Assembly: GCF_036971445.1 (NCBI RefSeq)
Contig: NC_091471.1
Span: 260,462,001 to 260,526,000 of the forward strand
Source of the DNA: Narcine bancroftii
Lineage: Eukaryota
Reading direction: 5' to 3'
DNA length: 64,000 nt
Below are positions 21,785 through 34,700 of the stretch, one piece after another; the stretch's first letter is position 1; each line of letters begins with the position of its first letter. A program made the position numbers and the translations under genes. The notes under the pieces are model-generated. The model searched no databases. It saw nothing but the letters and a program-made list of their open reading frames with translations, and was not told the origin of the DNA.

Positions 21785-24192
21785 TATTTTTCACACCATA
21801 AATCACATTAGCCATGATATACACTATTTCTTTTCACACATATACAGTGACTTTTTCTCCCCCCCCCCCTTTCCTCCCAAACCACCCCCCCACCCCCCCC
21901 TCTCATCCATTTTAGGTATACAATCTAGGTTGCATTAATCCAGTCAGACAATGTTGTCATTCAACAAAATTACACCAGAAATTCTACTGAGTCCATTCTT
22001 TTCTTTCCTTCTCCTTCCATCAACTTAGGTAATGTTTGTCCCCGGTAGGTTTTCGCTATTGTATTTAATGTAAGGCTCCTATACTTGTTCGAATATTTCA
22101 ATATTATTTCTTAACCAATATGTTATTTTTTTCTAATGGAATACATTTATTCATTTAAATTTGGTAGTTTCTTCCTTTTAATTTGGTTATGTATTCCATT
22201 AATATTTAAAGACATATAGTTCAGCGTAGCCCTTTTATATTTTGTTTATCTTCTCTTTCCGTTTTTCCATCATTACCTTTCCTCCTTTTCCATTTCTGTT
22301 TTCTTATTTTCAACTCTTCATAAGACAACATTCCTACAACATCTAACATTTTCCTTATTCTCCTATTTCTATCTTATTTATCCCCAATCTCCCCTTCACC
22401 TCCTGAGTTGTCCTTTATCCCTTGTCGGACAACCACATCTCCCCTCTCCATTTGGATTTGCGAATCCACTCGCAAGCGTCAACTGATTGTGCAGTGACCG
22501 CTATTTCCCCCCACCCCGCCTCCCCCAGAAAAGATTTCACTTTTCATATGTCACAAAGGTCCCTCTTTTAATTCCCTCCTTATTCTCTCTATTCCATTAC
22601 CTTCCCTTATTAATTCTTATCTATACTATCTATATTTTCCTCTAAGTACAGATACATTCATGTATGCTCATTGTCTCTATTCACTCTTATACCTCTTTAC
22701 CTGCATACATATCAATCGTGATCATTTTTACTCTCATTACCCGTCTTCATCCCTCAGTCTATTTTTGTCTTTACCCACATACATATCAGTCGTGATCATT
22801 TTAACTCTCATTACCCGTCTTCCTCCCTCAGTCTATTTTTGTAATTGTTCTGCAAATTTTCGTGCTTCTTCTGGATCCGAGAATAGTCTGTTTTGCTGTC
22901 CTGGAATAAATATTTTCAATACCGCTGGATGCTTTAGTATAAATTTATACCCTTTCTTCCATAAAATCGCCTTTGCTGTATTGAACTCTTTTCTCTTCTT
23001 TAGGAGTTCAAAACTTATATCTGGATAAATGAAGATTTTTTGCCCTTTATACTCCAGTGGTTTGTTGCCCTCTTTTACTTTTTCCATTGTCTTCTCCAGT
23101 ACCTTTTCTCTTGTAGTATATCTTAGGAATTTTACTACAATAGATCTTGGTTTTTGTTGTGGTTGTGGTTTAGAGGCCAATACTCTATGTGCCCTTTCTA
23201 TTTCCATTTCATGCTGTAGTTTTGGACATCCTAGGGTCTTAGGGATCCACTCTTTTATAAACTCCCTCATATTCTTGCCTTCTTCATCTTCCTTAAGGCC
23301 CACTATCTTTATGTTATTTCTTCTGTTATGGTTTTCCATTGTATCTATTTTTTGAGCTAGTAGTTCTTGTGTCTCTTTAGTTTTTTTTATTAGATTTCTC
23401 CAATTTCTTTTTTAAGTCTTCTACCTCCATTTCTGCTGCTACTGCCCGCTCTTCCATCTTGTCCATTTTTTTTCCCATTTCTGTTAAGGTCATCTCCATT
23501 TTAATTATTTTCTCCTCTGTGTTGTTTATTCTTTTTCTTAAATCCTTAAATTCCTGTGTTTGCCATTCTTTAAATGATTCCATGTATCCTCTAATAAGAG
23601 CAAGTATATCCTTTACCTTGCCTCTCTTTTCTTCTTCTATTTCACCATACTCTTCCTCTTCTTCTTCCTCTGGGTTGACCATCTGTTGTTTCTTTGTTGC
23701 CCTTTCCTCCTCTTCTATCTTGTTTCTATTGTCTTCTGTGGTCTCTTCTTGCTGCAGGTGTTCTGCAGCTGTCGTTGCCGGCTGTGGAGATCGACTCCCC
23801 AGCTGGTCCCCCCTCCCGTCGGTGTGTTTTTTTTCATTCGCATCGCGCATGCGCGAAGTTTCGCGCATGCGCGGTTGCGCACTTTTGTTCGGCTCTGCGA
23901 GCCATTTTTGTAGTCCATTATTTACCGACCTGAGGGAGCGGGTTTCTCTCTCCGCAGCGGGCCTCTTCGGACAGGTAAGGCCTTCACCTTTTTCCTCCTT
24001 TGTCTTCTCTTCCTCTCTTCTTACCGTTGCTTTCGACTTTTCTTTTTTTGTCGCCATCTTCTTTCCACCTTTATACTCACTTTTCTGTAACTTTTATTTC
24101 TGTGCCTTTGTGTTTTCTCTTGTTTTTCCCGACTTTTCTGGAGAGGGCTGGAGTTCACCGTCCGGCCACTACTCCATCACGTGACTCCTCCC
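21751..24192 (-). mobile_element. ORF1-only, internally deleted L1 ('half-L1'/HAL1-like), 2.44 kb
   Basis: 16-bp TSD CCCCTCTGCCACTCTT (21735-50 / 24193-208), poly(A), same 5' end as the L1 at 44973, ORF1, spacer, then the ORF2 start joined to the ORF2 end at ~22156. Confidence 0.92.
22833..24057 (-). CDS. L1 ORF1p (coiled coil, RRM, CTD), ~407 aa with one frameshift in an A-run near 23385
   Basis: ENHNRRNNIKIVGLKE, EIERAHR, IYPDIS and KRKEF motifs. Removing one A joins ORFs 23377-24057 and 22833-23339. Confidence 0.85.
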
Positions 24193-27169
24193 CCCCTCTG
24201 CCACTCTTGTGGTCCTGTGGATTGACCTCCAATCCATTTCTCTGCAGCAACCGTACCTCACTGTGATGCAGCCAGCCTAGGCACTCTCGTTTGATAGAGC
24301 TCCTGTGGAAGGTTGACATGATGGTGGCCAGTAGCCTTCCCCACTTTAGTCTTCTCAGGAAGTGTAATCTCTGTGGCACCTTCCTTACAAGTGAAGAGAT
24401 GTTGAGTGTCCACGATAGGTCACTAGTTAAGTGAACTCCAAAGAATTTGATGCCCTCTGTCCTCCACTACAGAGTTGTTGATATGTAGTGGAGTGTGATT
24501 GTTCCTCATCCTTCTGAAGATCACGATCATCTCCTTCATCTTGTCCACGTTGAGACTCTTGGACCATCTCATGAGATTTTTCACCTCTTTGTAGTATGTT
24601 TTACCTCTGCATGAATTGAATATGGGCAGATATGATATCTCATCTCTTGATTGAACGCACAAGATTTTTGTTGGGGATGTGAGGGTTGGAGGTAAGGATA
24701 TGGCCCAAATTCAGTTGTCTGAGCACAGCTTGAAAGCTTTGACTGTCCAGTATTCTAGCTCATTCATCTGTTAACATTAACCTGTCAGCCCAGTAAGTCA
24801 GAAGGTTTCTTCATTTGTCACCAAGCCAGATAAGTGCCTTCCCGTAATTGGTCTGTGGGTCCTTTGAATAATAGTTATGCTAAGTTCATTGTGTTTCTAT
24901 AAATTATTAGTTCATGGCTGTTAATATGTCAAGTAAGTGCCTGTTATGAATTTCATCCTCCCTCAAGCCATATCTATATGCTGTATTTTGGTCCATGATC
25001 AAGGTTTTCGGTGCATAATTTTAGCTGACACTGGGAGTTGAGGCTTTGCATATTGTATTTGTTCCCTTAAGCCCCTGCATTTCTCATTCTTTTAAGATGT
25101 CTGTTAAAACCTACTTTGAACATTTTCTTTCACTTGCACCTTGTGAGACTCTTTATCAAATTTTGTTTGATAACCCTCCTGTTCCACACCATATTACATC
25201 TATTATATTTAATTATTATTAGTGTTATATACATGCACTTATGTGCTGCATTTTTAGCTTTGGATGAACTATTACGCACTGAAGACCTGGTCAGGTGGAT
25301 TGTAAATATTCCCAGAGAACCATTGCAAGAAAAACAGCAAATTTTTCTATTGTCCTGAGTGGTACTTTTTTCCTTCAGCTTGTTTGTGTAAGCTATTGTA
25401 GGCAAATTGGCTGCTCTATTTACTCACATTAATTATTTCACTGCTATGTAATTCATTATATTTGAAACATTTCAGAATGTTTCCGTGAGGCAAAATAAAA
25501 GTGATGTATAAATTGGTCCCAACTCCCTCCTGTCTGGTTTTCTGCCATCCTGCAGTTGATTTTGCAGCCTGAAATTGATCCCAGGCTCTCTCATAGTACG
25601 TTAAGAAAGTATTGTGGATAATTTCAATTTGGTTCTTATCCAATGCACAGAGCCAACATTCCAGCAGACAGTGGCATAGGCACCTTTCGTTGCTTTCATT
25701 GGTGAGATTATTTTAAATGTTAATCATAATTCCTTTCCATTTTATCCTTCACAAATTTCCCAATATTGATTAGTGACCAGGACATAGCGAATGGTCTGGC
25801 AAGATATCACCACACTGCCTCTGGTTTCTCTGAGCATTATCCAGGCAGGTATATTCAATGGAAACCTTCCATTGATGAACCTGATGGCTGCATTGGTGGT
25901 GTGCAGGATGTGAAACTCACCTTCTGAATGCAGACCCATAAATCCTACATGCTGAACAATGGTCTTGTGTGCATTGTGCTATGATGCGCATGGCGATAAT
26001 CTTTCCTTTGGAAATGTAATGGACTGGAGATGACACCTTCCTAATTTAAATCAACTTGGAGCAAAAATAAATCAGTGCCTGAAAAGTGAATGATGTCAGT
26101 TGGCTTGTAATTCTCAGAATTCAATATTCAGAATTCTGAGTTGCTTCAACCAATTTTATGTAAGCAGACAATTTTGGACGGAGAACCGTGTTTCATTTTA
26201 GTGTGTAGGTACTCCTCATATAATTGGTCCTGTGCCAGCTTATTGGAATTAGATGGACAGATCTTTCAGTGCCATAGCCTGTGCCCCTTTCATTTTTTAC
26301 CATTCTTTGTTGTATTTGGTTCCACTGTCCTTTTTGGCAATGCATTCACCTCATAGCTTGACTAAACAAATTTCTTCTCATCCAATTGAACTGGGGTTCA
26401 AAAACTAGACCTCCATTTATGAATGGACTGAACTGTTTTGTCAATATTGGGCAAAGATGAAGAGAAGTGAAGCTTGAATTTTGATATTAACGCAGCAATA
26501 CGCAGAGAATGTTTCAGTTGAAGTATATCTTGGCTGCGTCTTTATACAAATATGGTTTCCTATTAAATTCTGAAATACCAGATCAAGCAATCTAGCCAGC
26601 TTCCCATAGACATCATGGCTCCATTCTCAGTTTGTGGCCGAAGAAAAATAACAGCTTGCATTTAACTGTAACTAGTTTGAAAATCCTATAGCTGCAGAGC
26701 TACAGTTTGAAACATAATGTTTCATAATGCATTACGTTCTCTCAGTCTGGTGTTACATTTTGGCATTAAGGTAACATTTCTCAGACTTGTCTGAATCCTG
26801 AGCCTGATATTTTCAGATCTCCCATGGCAGATTTATTGTTCATCATGTCTCCCTCCTGTTTTTTTCTACCATCCTGCAGCTGATTTTTTTCCCAACCTCA
26901 AGTGTTCTCAAAGTTCAGTGAAGAAGCATCATGGACAATCTTGATTTGGTGCTTATCACTTGAATGGGGGCACTTTCCAGCAGACATTGGGATGGGCAGT
27001 TAGAAATGTATTCTTGCCCCTGGCTTCCACTCCCACCACTCTTTGTACATTGTCCAAAGATATTTGATCATCTTTTACATGCCTGATGGTGGCCACCAAC
27101 TCTGCTTCATCTCTTTTACATCTACACTTTTGCTGAGCTCAAAATGACATACAGCTTGAAAGCATTCTG

Positions 27170-27655
27170 TATGCCACTGGACTCTTGGAAAATCTCTACA
27201 GATGTAATGTGGAGAGCATTCTGGCTGGTAACATCACTGTATGGTATGGTACGGAGGTGCCAACGATCAATACAGGAGTAAGCTCCAGGGGGTTGTGAAC
27301 TCGGCCTTTGATATTGCGGGCACCAGCCTTCTTTTCCATCGAGGACATCTACAAGAGGCAGTGTCATAAGAAAGCAGTCTCTATCTTCAAGGACCCTCAC
27401 CACCCAGGCCATGCCGCCTTCATTCTGCTGCCATCAGGGAAAAAGGTACAGGAACCCGGAGACGAGCACTCAGCAGCATAAAGACAGCTTCTTCCCCTCT
27501 TCCATCAGATTCCTGAATGAACAATGAACCACAGGCACCGCCTTTCTTTGTCTTTTTCTGTTTCGTGCACTATTATTTATTATGTAGATGCTTGTAATGT
27601 GACGCTGAAGCAAAACAACGAATTTGGTGGCATGTTCATGACAATAAATTCTGAT
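27170..27655 (+). mobile_element. Rex/Babar LINE 3' fragment
   Basis: ESILAGNITVW.., KDPHHPGHAAFILLPSG remnants; tail ending aataaattctgat. Confidence 0.75.
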
Positions 27656-28204
27656 CAGTCCCTTTGGACCACTACGTTTGTGCCTGCTGACAACCTGCCC
27701 CCCCCCCCATTTACACTAATCTTGCATTAATCCTATTATTTTATTCTTCACATCAGTTTGCCCAGATCCTGTTGGGCATCTACATGCTAGAGAAACATTG
27801 TCATGGGCACTTACTTAACCTGCACATATTTGGGATATGGGAGGCAACTGGAGCACGTGGAGGAAACCCACGTTGTCAGAGAAGAATGTGCCAACACCAA
27901 AGAGCACGTCTGATGTTAGGATCAAATCTGGTTTCCTGAAGCTATGTAGTATTGCTCAACTTGCTTCATCACTGTTCCATCCCAAATTATACACACGTTG
28001 GTTATTCTGCTGAGCCTGCTGCTCTCACAAGAGTTGTTATCTAACATTGAAAGAGCAACCATTTCCTGAAGCCAGACATTAAAACCACAGCAAACTTGAT
28101 GGGTCAATGCCTGAGGCTGAACAGCCTGTTTGAAACTTTGATCTATTTGAACTTCACCAGCAAAACCATCCATGCCTACCTCAGTAATATTGCTAAACTC
28201 TACC

Positions 28205-29862
28205 ATTTTTTTGGGAAAATTTTATGTAGTTGTATCATGACAGAAAAAAATCAATGAATAAAACATGAATCAAATACCCATATCCAATGATACAAAAAAT
28301 TCTCTTATTTTTTTCTCCCCAACCCCCTTCCCACACAAAAATAAGAAAAAGAAAGAAAAGAAAAAGAAAACATTTAATGTACAATAATACTAGCATATAC
28401 AATTATTAATTATTATTAACATTTCTGATAGAGGAGTGGATAAGGTAGAAAAGGTGGATGGAAAATTATTCATAAAATCCATATATGGTTTCCAAATACT
28501 ATTAAAAAAAATTCAGCTCATTTCCTTGAACTGTTATTTTTTCCGAAGGTGTACAGTTTTGCTTCTCATCTTTTCATTTCTTTGCAATTGCTATTGCAAT
28601 ACTTTAAAAAAAATTTTTGCTATTTATCCAATATAAATTTTGTATCCTTTTCATATATATCACAAGTAAAAATATTCTTGATCCTTTATCTTCATAATTT
28701 GTCCTAATAATAAACTCAATTCATTCCAAAACATTTCTACATCGAAAGCACTTATTTGAGTAATTGAAATTAAGTCCCTATTTAACGTATGGTGTATAAT
28801 ATAATTGGTGAAGAAAATGACATTGTACCATTTGATATCTAATGATTACTGTATTCATAACACTTTCTTGATGTAATTTTGACCAAATCTCCTCCTGAAT
28901 TTGTATATTTAAATCTTTCTCCCATCGCATTTTGGATTTATATAAATCTTTTTTCTTTGTAGTTTCTTGTAATTTTATGTACGTGTTAGTAATAAATTTC
29001 TTAACATGTACCTATTATATCTTCAAATTGACTTTGTTTAGGGAGTCTCAAATCTGCTCCCAATTTCTTTTATAAATACATTTTTAATAATATGCAAAAA
29101 TTATATTATGTATATTATCTTTTTTAATTGATCAAAAGTTTTTTTTAAAAAATCCTAAAAACATCTTTACCAATTGTCAAATAAAGAACTTTTCAAAGTT
29201 AAAGGAAGAAGTTGATTTTGTTTTAAGAACATTTTTGGTAACTGATAATTTTTAATTCCCCTCTCAATATGAATTCTGTTCCATATTTCTAATATATGCT
29301 TTAATACTGATAAATCTTTAGTTCCTTTAAACAACTCACTATTCTATTTATACAAAATTTTCTCTGGAATAGTTTCACCAATTTTATTCATTTCTATTTG
29401 AACCCAAGCTGGTTTTTCACCCCTTTGATAATAGGAGGACAAAAATCTCAATTGAACTGTTTACAATAATTTTTAAAATTTGGTAATCTTAGTCCACCCT
29501 GATCAAATTTCCACATTAATTTTTCTTAACCAATTCTTGACATCCTACCTTTCCAAAGAAACACGAGTACTATTTTATTCAAACTTCAAAAAAAGGATTC
29601 TGATACATGAATGGGCAATGATCGAAAGAAATATTGCATTCTTGGAAAAATGTTCATTTTAATACAATTCACTTGTCCTATTAACGTTATTGGTAAATCT
29701 TTCCATCTTTTCAAATCCTCTTCCAATTTTTTTTTTAACAATGGCAAATAATTTAACTTAAACAAATTATTTATATTTCTATTAATTTTAATTCCTAAAT
29801 ATTGGATTGTTTCATTTTTATATTTAAATTTTGTCAATCTTTTACATTGAGAGTAATTCATA
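28205..29862 (-). mobile_element. Decayed 5'-truncated L1
   Basis: IQYLGIKIN..EDLKRWKDLPITLIGQVNCIKMNIFPR, homologous to 49150-49330. Confidence 0.8.
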
Positions 29863-32351
29863 TCCAGACTCTATCCATCTTTGATTGGCTGCAATAACCT
29901 ACACAATCATTCACCAAGGCTGTTAGTTATTCTGCTGTTTGTGTAAAATCCTGTCTGTTTTGCCAGCATTGACATTTTTGCTCATTTACCCTCTTCCCCC
30001 CCCCCCCAAAAGAAAACCCTGATTTATAATGAACAAGTCCTAGTACAAGGGATCACTGGTGTCGGATATGTGAATTTTATGGTTGACTGAGACCCAATGC
30101 CTTACTAATACACCTGCATTAAGAATACACAATTTAAAAAAAGACAGTGCAAAAAGTAAAATAATTTTTAAGAAAATCTTAAAATTTTAGTCTTTATTTA
30201 TGTAAAGTTCACTTTAATCAGGTAATTCCCATAACTTGCAATATAAATTTGAACCCCAGACGCTGGTGCTATAACAGTGTTGCGCTAGCCGCTACACTAA
30301 CCGTGCATAATTTACCCCCCTCCCCAAGTTTACAGATAAAGCCTTACTAATATACCTAATACTAATAAAGATAAAAACACTTATTTGGAATAAGGGATAG
30401 GGAAGACTCAATACCACTGCCATCTTTCCCCCTTCATATTCCTGTCCCCATCCCACAGGTTCCAACTTGAGTGTCCTGGTCAGACCCTGGGTGAACTCTA
30501 CCACCTTCCTTGTGTTGACAACCCAACTTGCCTCCACACAAGCGGCGACAGTGAAAAGAAATCATGCACATTAGGGGGCATTGCTAATTCAGCGGGGCAA
30601 ACTTGCACATGTCCAACGAAGTCTCAGCGCTCCCCTGTCGGGTCCATTTGCCCAGTCTTGTTTGTTTGTTTGAATTTTATTTCCTTTTTTTGCCGAATGT
30701 TTTTAGTTTCTAGTTGATTGAATTCCTGATAATGGGGATTCTACTGTATTTGAATTCCTAAATGGCAACATTGCAGCTGTTTCTGTTGTCATTTGTGTAC
30801 TTATTTCCCTCATCCAAAAACTCATCACCTCATAAACAAGAAGATTTTTCTTAAGCCCAGTTCTTTCAGCTTTAAATCTCAGCGGTATTTATTTTTTTTT
30901 CTAAATTGAATGCGCTTGTTGGTACAAGTCATTGATGTTGGATTAATTTTCAAATTCCATTTAACATTTGTGTACTGTTTAGTTGATTCATGTCCTCGAG
31001 CTATAGATGATCATTTTTAAATGGGAATTCTTATGTGTATCTAGCACTTCTTAAATTAATTAGTTAAGTTGCTGTTTAATGATCTCATTATAAAACTCCC
31101 ATGTAGTAAATGTAGGATTGCAATGCAATTACTTTATGGTAGTTAAACTCTTCTTGGTTGCACGAGATTTAAGATTAACTGAAATCAGGTTAGAGGTCAA
31201 ATACGTAAATGTAGTTCAGTCCCAATTTAAAGATAGAGATATACTGTCCTTGTTTATTTCCCTTCAGTAAAATCTTCTGTTTAAATATGTGAATTGCAAC
31301 TCATTTTTTTTTCCCCAAATGAAGAGCGTGGAGGTGATGTGCTGAAGTAGAAAAAAATGACAAATAAATTGTTTAGGAATTGTCATAATTTTATTTTGCT
31401 TTGTCCTCTAACCTCTACTTTAAATATATTGAGCATGCATCTCCTTGTGGAAGGCATCTAAGATGTCAGTGCTAGGTGATGTGGAATTGCAACACAGGGC
31501 AAATTCCTGCCCTGGGATGTGATCACCCCCTCCCCCGGACTGACATTCTGGTGTATGCACAGGCAAGGTCTTCAATGGCAAAAGAGGCATAGACTGGCAC
31601 TGCTTTCTCTGGAGGCTGAGGGTGACCTTATGGAGGTTTACAAAATAATAAGGCACAGATAAGGTGGATGATTTCCAAAGAAAGCAGTCTTTTTTTAAGG
31701 GTAGGAGAGGAAAATTTAAGAGGGACCTGAGAGTTATGTTTTACCACAGAGGGTGGGCGGTTTGTAAATGGAATGGGATGACAGAGTGGGTGTGCAAATT
31801 TTCAAAAACTCTTTGGAAGTGCTGTTCTTTTTTCCTGATCTAGAAAATAACACCGGGTTTGCACATGGAACGGGCTCTAAAACATGATAATATTTTCAGA
31901 TACTGTTGGTTATGACAATAAAGGGATACATTTTAGTCACAATACCAGAGAGAAAGCCCACTTTCTCTGAATATGATTTGGGATTATTAGGATGGATTAT
32001 GTGCTCAAAATTGCAATCTTTTGACTCAACCACTTTTAGCCACAACTGTATTTCCACAGGTACCCTCCACTTTATTACTGATGGTAAGTAGCTATCTACT
32101 AACTTCAGAAAATGGACAATTAACCTATTTTATCACATTCCAGATGAAATAGCCTCCAGTGGGGGATTGTCAGCAGGTGAATGAACTCTCATTCCTCTTG
32201 CGCAGAGAAGCTGGAGGGACTCAGCAGGCTATGCAGCATTCACAGAGACAAATGGGCAGATAATGTTTTGTGTTGGGATCTTTTTATCATTCCTCTTGTA
32301 ATGGCTGAAGCTCTTTGCCCTTCTCTTCCTTCTTCCCCAGCACCCATCATA

Positions 32352-32587
32352 GGGTGGCACAGTTAGCATGGTGGTGAGCACAATGCTGTTACAGTGTCAG
32401 CGATCAGGACCGGTGTTCGAATCCTGTGATGTCTGAGGAGTTGGTACATTCTCCCCGTATCTGCGTGGGTTTACCCTGGGGGCTCCGGTTTCATCCCCAC
32501 CCTTCGAAACGTACTGGGGGGGGGGGGGGGGGGGTTGGTAGGTGACATGGACTGAAAGGGCCTGTTGCAGTATGTCTAAATTTAAAA
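32352..32587 (+). mobile_element. V-SINE (HE1-like)
   Basis: GGGTGGCACAGTTAGC start, GTTCGAATCC B box, V-core ttctccccgtatctgcgtgggttt..ctccggtttc. Confidence 0.75.
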
Positions 32588-33777
32588 CTTCCACAACAGC
32601 TAACAGTGCAAACGAAATTGAACCTAGTACACATCTCATCTTTTGTTGTGTAACACTTAATTAGTTACTGCAGAACTGAACTTTCTCAGATGAGAAACAT
32701 CTTTAATGTGTTACCTGAAAGTTTTGATGATTGTGGAGACTTTAAAAATGTCTATCACTGATTTGTTGTTGTCAGATTGGAGCAACAGTATTTGATAATG
32801 TTTGGCACAATGGTGCCAGTTTGTTGCAGATGACTATTTTAATCACATAATATCATGTATGCTCAGAGATATACTAACGTAAGTATATTTTCGTAAATTT
32901 TCTCTTTGCAGCCACTGGAACTGCTTAGTCTATTCAATTGAATTTATGATCACAAACCAGGTAGTTACGAAAGAGCTTGTCAATTTGTTCTGTCTGACTG
33001 TTCTAACTTTTGTTATAGATTGTTTGCAGATCAGACATAACTGGTTTGACATATTTCAACTGAGGCTTCACACCAAGACAAGAATCTTTCAGACTGTAAC
33101 AGTTTGGTAATCAGTAGTGAAAAAAAATCATTTTATATGTATATTACTGCTTTGAATGAAAATGACGTACACCCTGATTAAAATAGCCTAAATCTGCAGT
33201 TTACAGTCTCCCTCACCCTTCACCTTTAAATAAAACACTGCTGAATGCAAGATCAACACTGGATCTTGTTCAGAATGGGCCTACAACAGGCCTTTACAAA
33301 AATAGATGGCAAAATAGGAGTTGATTGAGTTTTCCTCATTCTTCACCCCCACAAAAGGTGCATGGCATTCTGTTCCAACTCTATAAATTATTAGTCCGAT
33401 CTCCACTGAAGAAATGTGCAGTTCTGCACACCACATTATAGAAAATGTGATAGTGGTGAAAAGAGTGCAGAGGAAATACACCAGAATGTTGCCTGGGATG
33501 GATCTCTTCAGCTATAAGGAGAGACTAGTGAGGCTAGGTCCTTCTCCTGGAGGAGGCTAATGGTATAAATATGTGGTTGACCAATTGTCCATTTTATTCC
33601 CAGTTTGATTTTTTTTTTGGTAAATTAATTCTTCACTGTTCCAGTAGGTTTTTTTTTGGTGATTTATAAAGATATTATTTACAGCGTGAGCCAAGTGGAG
33701 ATGGACATCATGATGAACTTCAAATATGGGGCCCTTTTAGACTTACCAAAAGGAACTTTCCCATGGTTAAGGTGCTT

Positions 33778-34148
33778 CAATCCACTTTCACACTTGCATC
33801 CCACTAAATTGGCCATTCAGTGTCCTGGTATAGGAATGGGGGTTTGGCTTTTCATACTTGACCACTCCTAACTGGGACATTGAACGCTTTCACACCCTGC
33901 AAGGAGCCATCCCTGGGGTTAGGACTGTTCTACCTTCTACTGGTTCAATTACCCATTTCACACTTGCCTGATTGCAACGCAGGTGTCTACAGACACCAGG
34001 GATTCTACTAGGGTTAGAGGCAGTCAATCTCCGGCATGAGATGACATCATCTGACACTGACGTTGAGCTGATTTTGCTTTCACACTTTTCACTTTAAAGG
34101 CCGATTGGCATTTGACTTCTGGGATCACTTGCAAGTGTGAAAGGGGTT
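33778..34148. mobile_element. Possible PIF/Harbinger-type MITE
   Basis: Inverted termini CTTTCACACTTGCA / TGCAAGTGTGAAAG with internal TTTCACAC repeats. Confidence 0.45.
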
Positions 34149-34149
34149 T

Positions 34150-34700
34150 AAGATTGAGGTATACCATAGATAGGGCAGACAACAGCAAACTTTTCTCCTT
34201 ATCAGTGATGAATAAAATGGAGGATGCATTCAGGGAAAGGGCAAAGAGATTTAGAGGGCATCTGAGGAGGACTTTTTCACTCAGAAAGTGGAGAACATAT
34301 ATAATATAGTGCCAGAGAGCGTGGTGGAAGCACAGTTGCTGATGGCATCTTAAGTGTTGAGTTGCCAAGGGATTGAAGGCTGTGGGCTAAGTGCTGAAGA
34401 TTGGATTAATATGCATGAGTACTATTGAACCTTAGAACATGGTAGCACAGAAACAGGCCTCTTTAGCCCTTCTAGTCTGTGCTGAACCATTTTTTTGCCC
34501 AGTTCCATTGACTTTGACCCAGTTCATAGCCCTCCATACCTTTCCCATCCATGTACCTGTCCAAATTCTCCTTAAATGTTAAAATTGAGCCCCTGTTGAC
34601 TACTTCAGCTGGTAGCTTATTCCACACTCCCACCACTCTGTGCCCTCTGCTTGGTGTGGATATAGAGGGCCAAATAGCCTTTTTCCATGGTGTAAGGCTC
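34150..34700. mobile_element. CR1 3' fragments (plus copy with a nested minus copy)
   Basis: FRGHLRRTF on plus; HRVVGVWNKLPAEVV..FKENLDRYMD on minus. Confidence 0.65.

Larger units (their letters stand above)
21340..24600 (-). mobile_element. Rex/Babar LINE fragment split by the half-L1 (21340-21750 and 24193-24600)
   Basis: QRLHFLRRLK..STFHRSSI on the right continues as AEGITGVSFLP..PHIFQLLPLGK on the left. Confidence 0.8.

Noticed and set aside
22150-22165. Half-L1 deletion arising by splicing
   Set aside because: The right breakpoint follows AG in the full-length copy (TATAG|AAATG), but the left breakpoint has no GT donor.
26113-26140. 10-bp inverted repeat CTCAGAATTC/GAATTCTGAG
   Set aside because: Short and isolated with no context; nothing suggests a function.
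32352-32430. tRNA gene (A/B boxes)
   Set aside because: It is the tRNA-derived head of a SINE, continuing into the V-core, with no cloverleaf.
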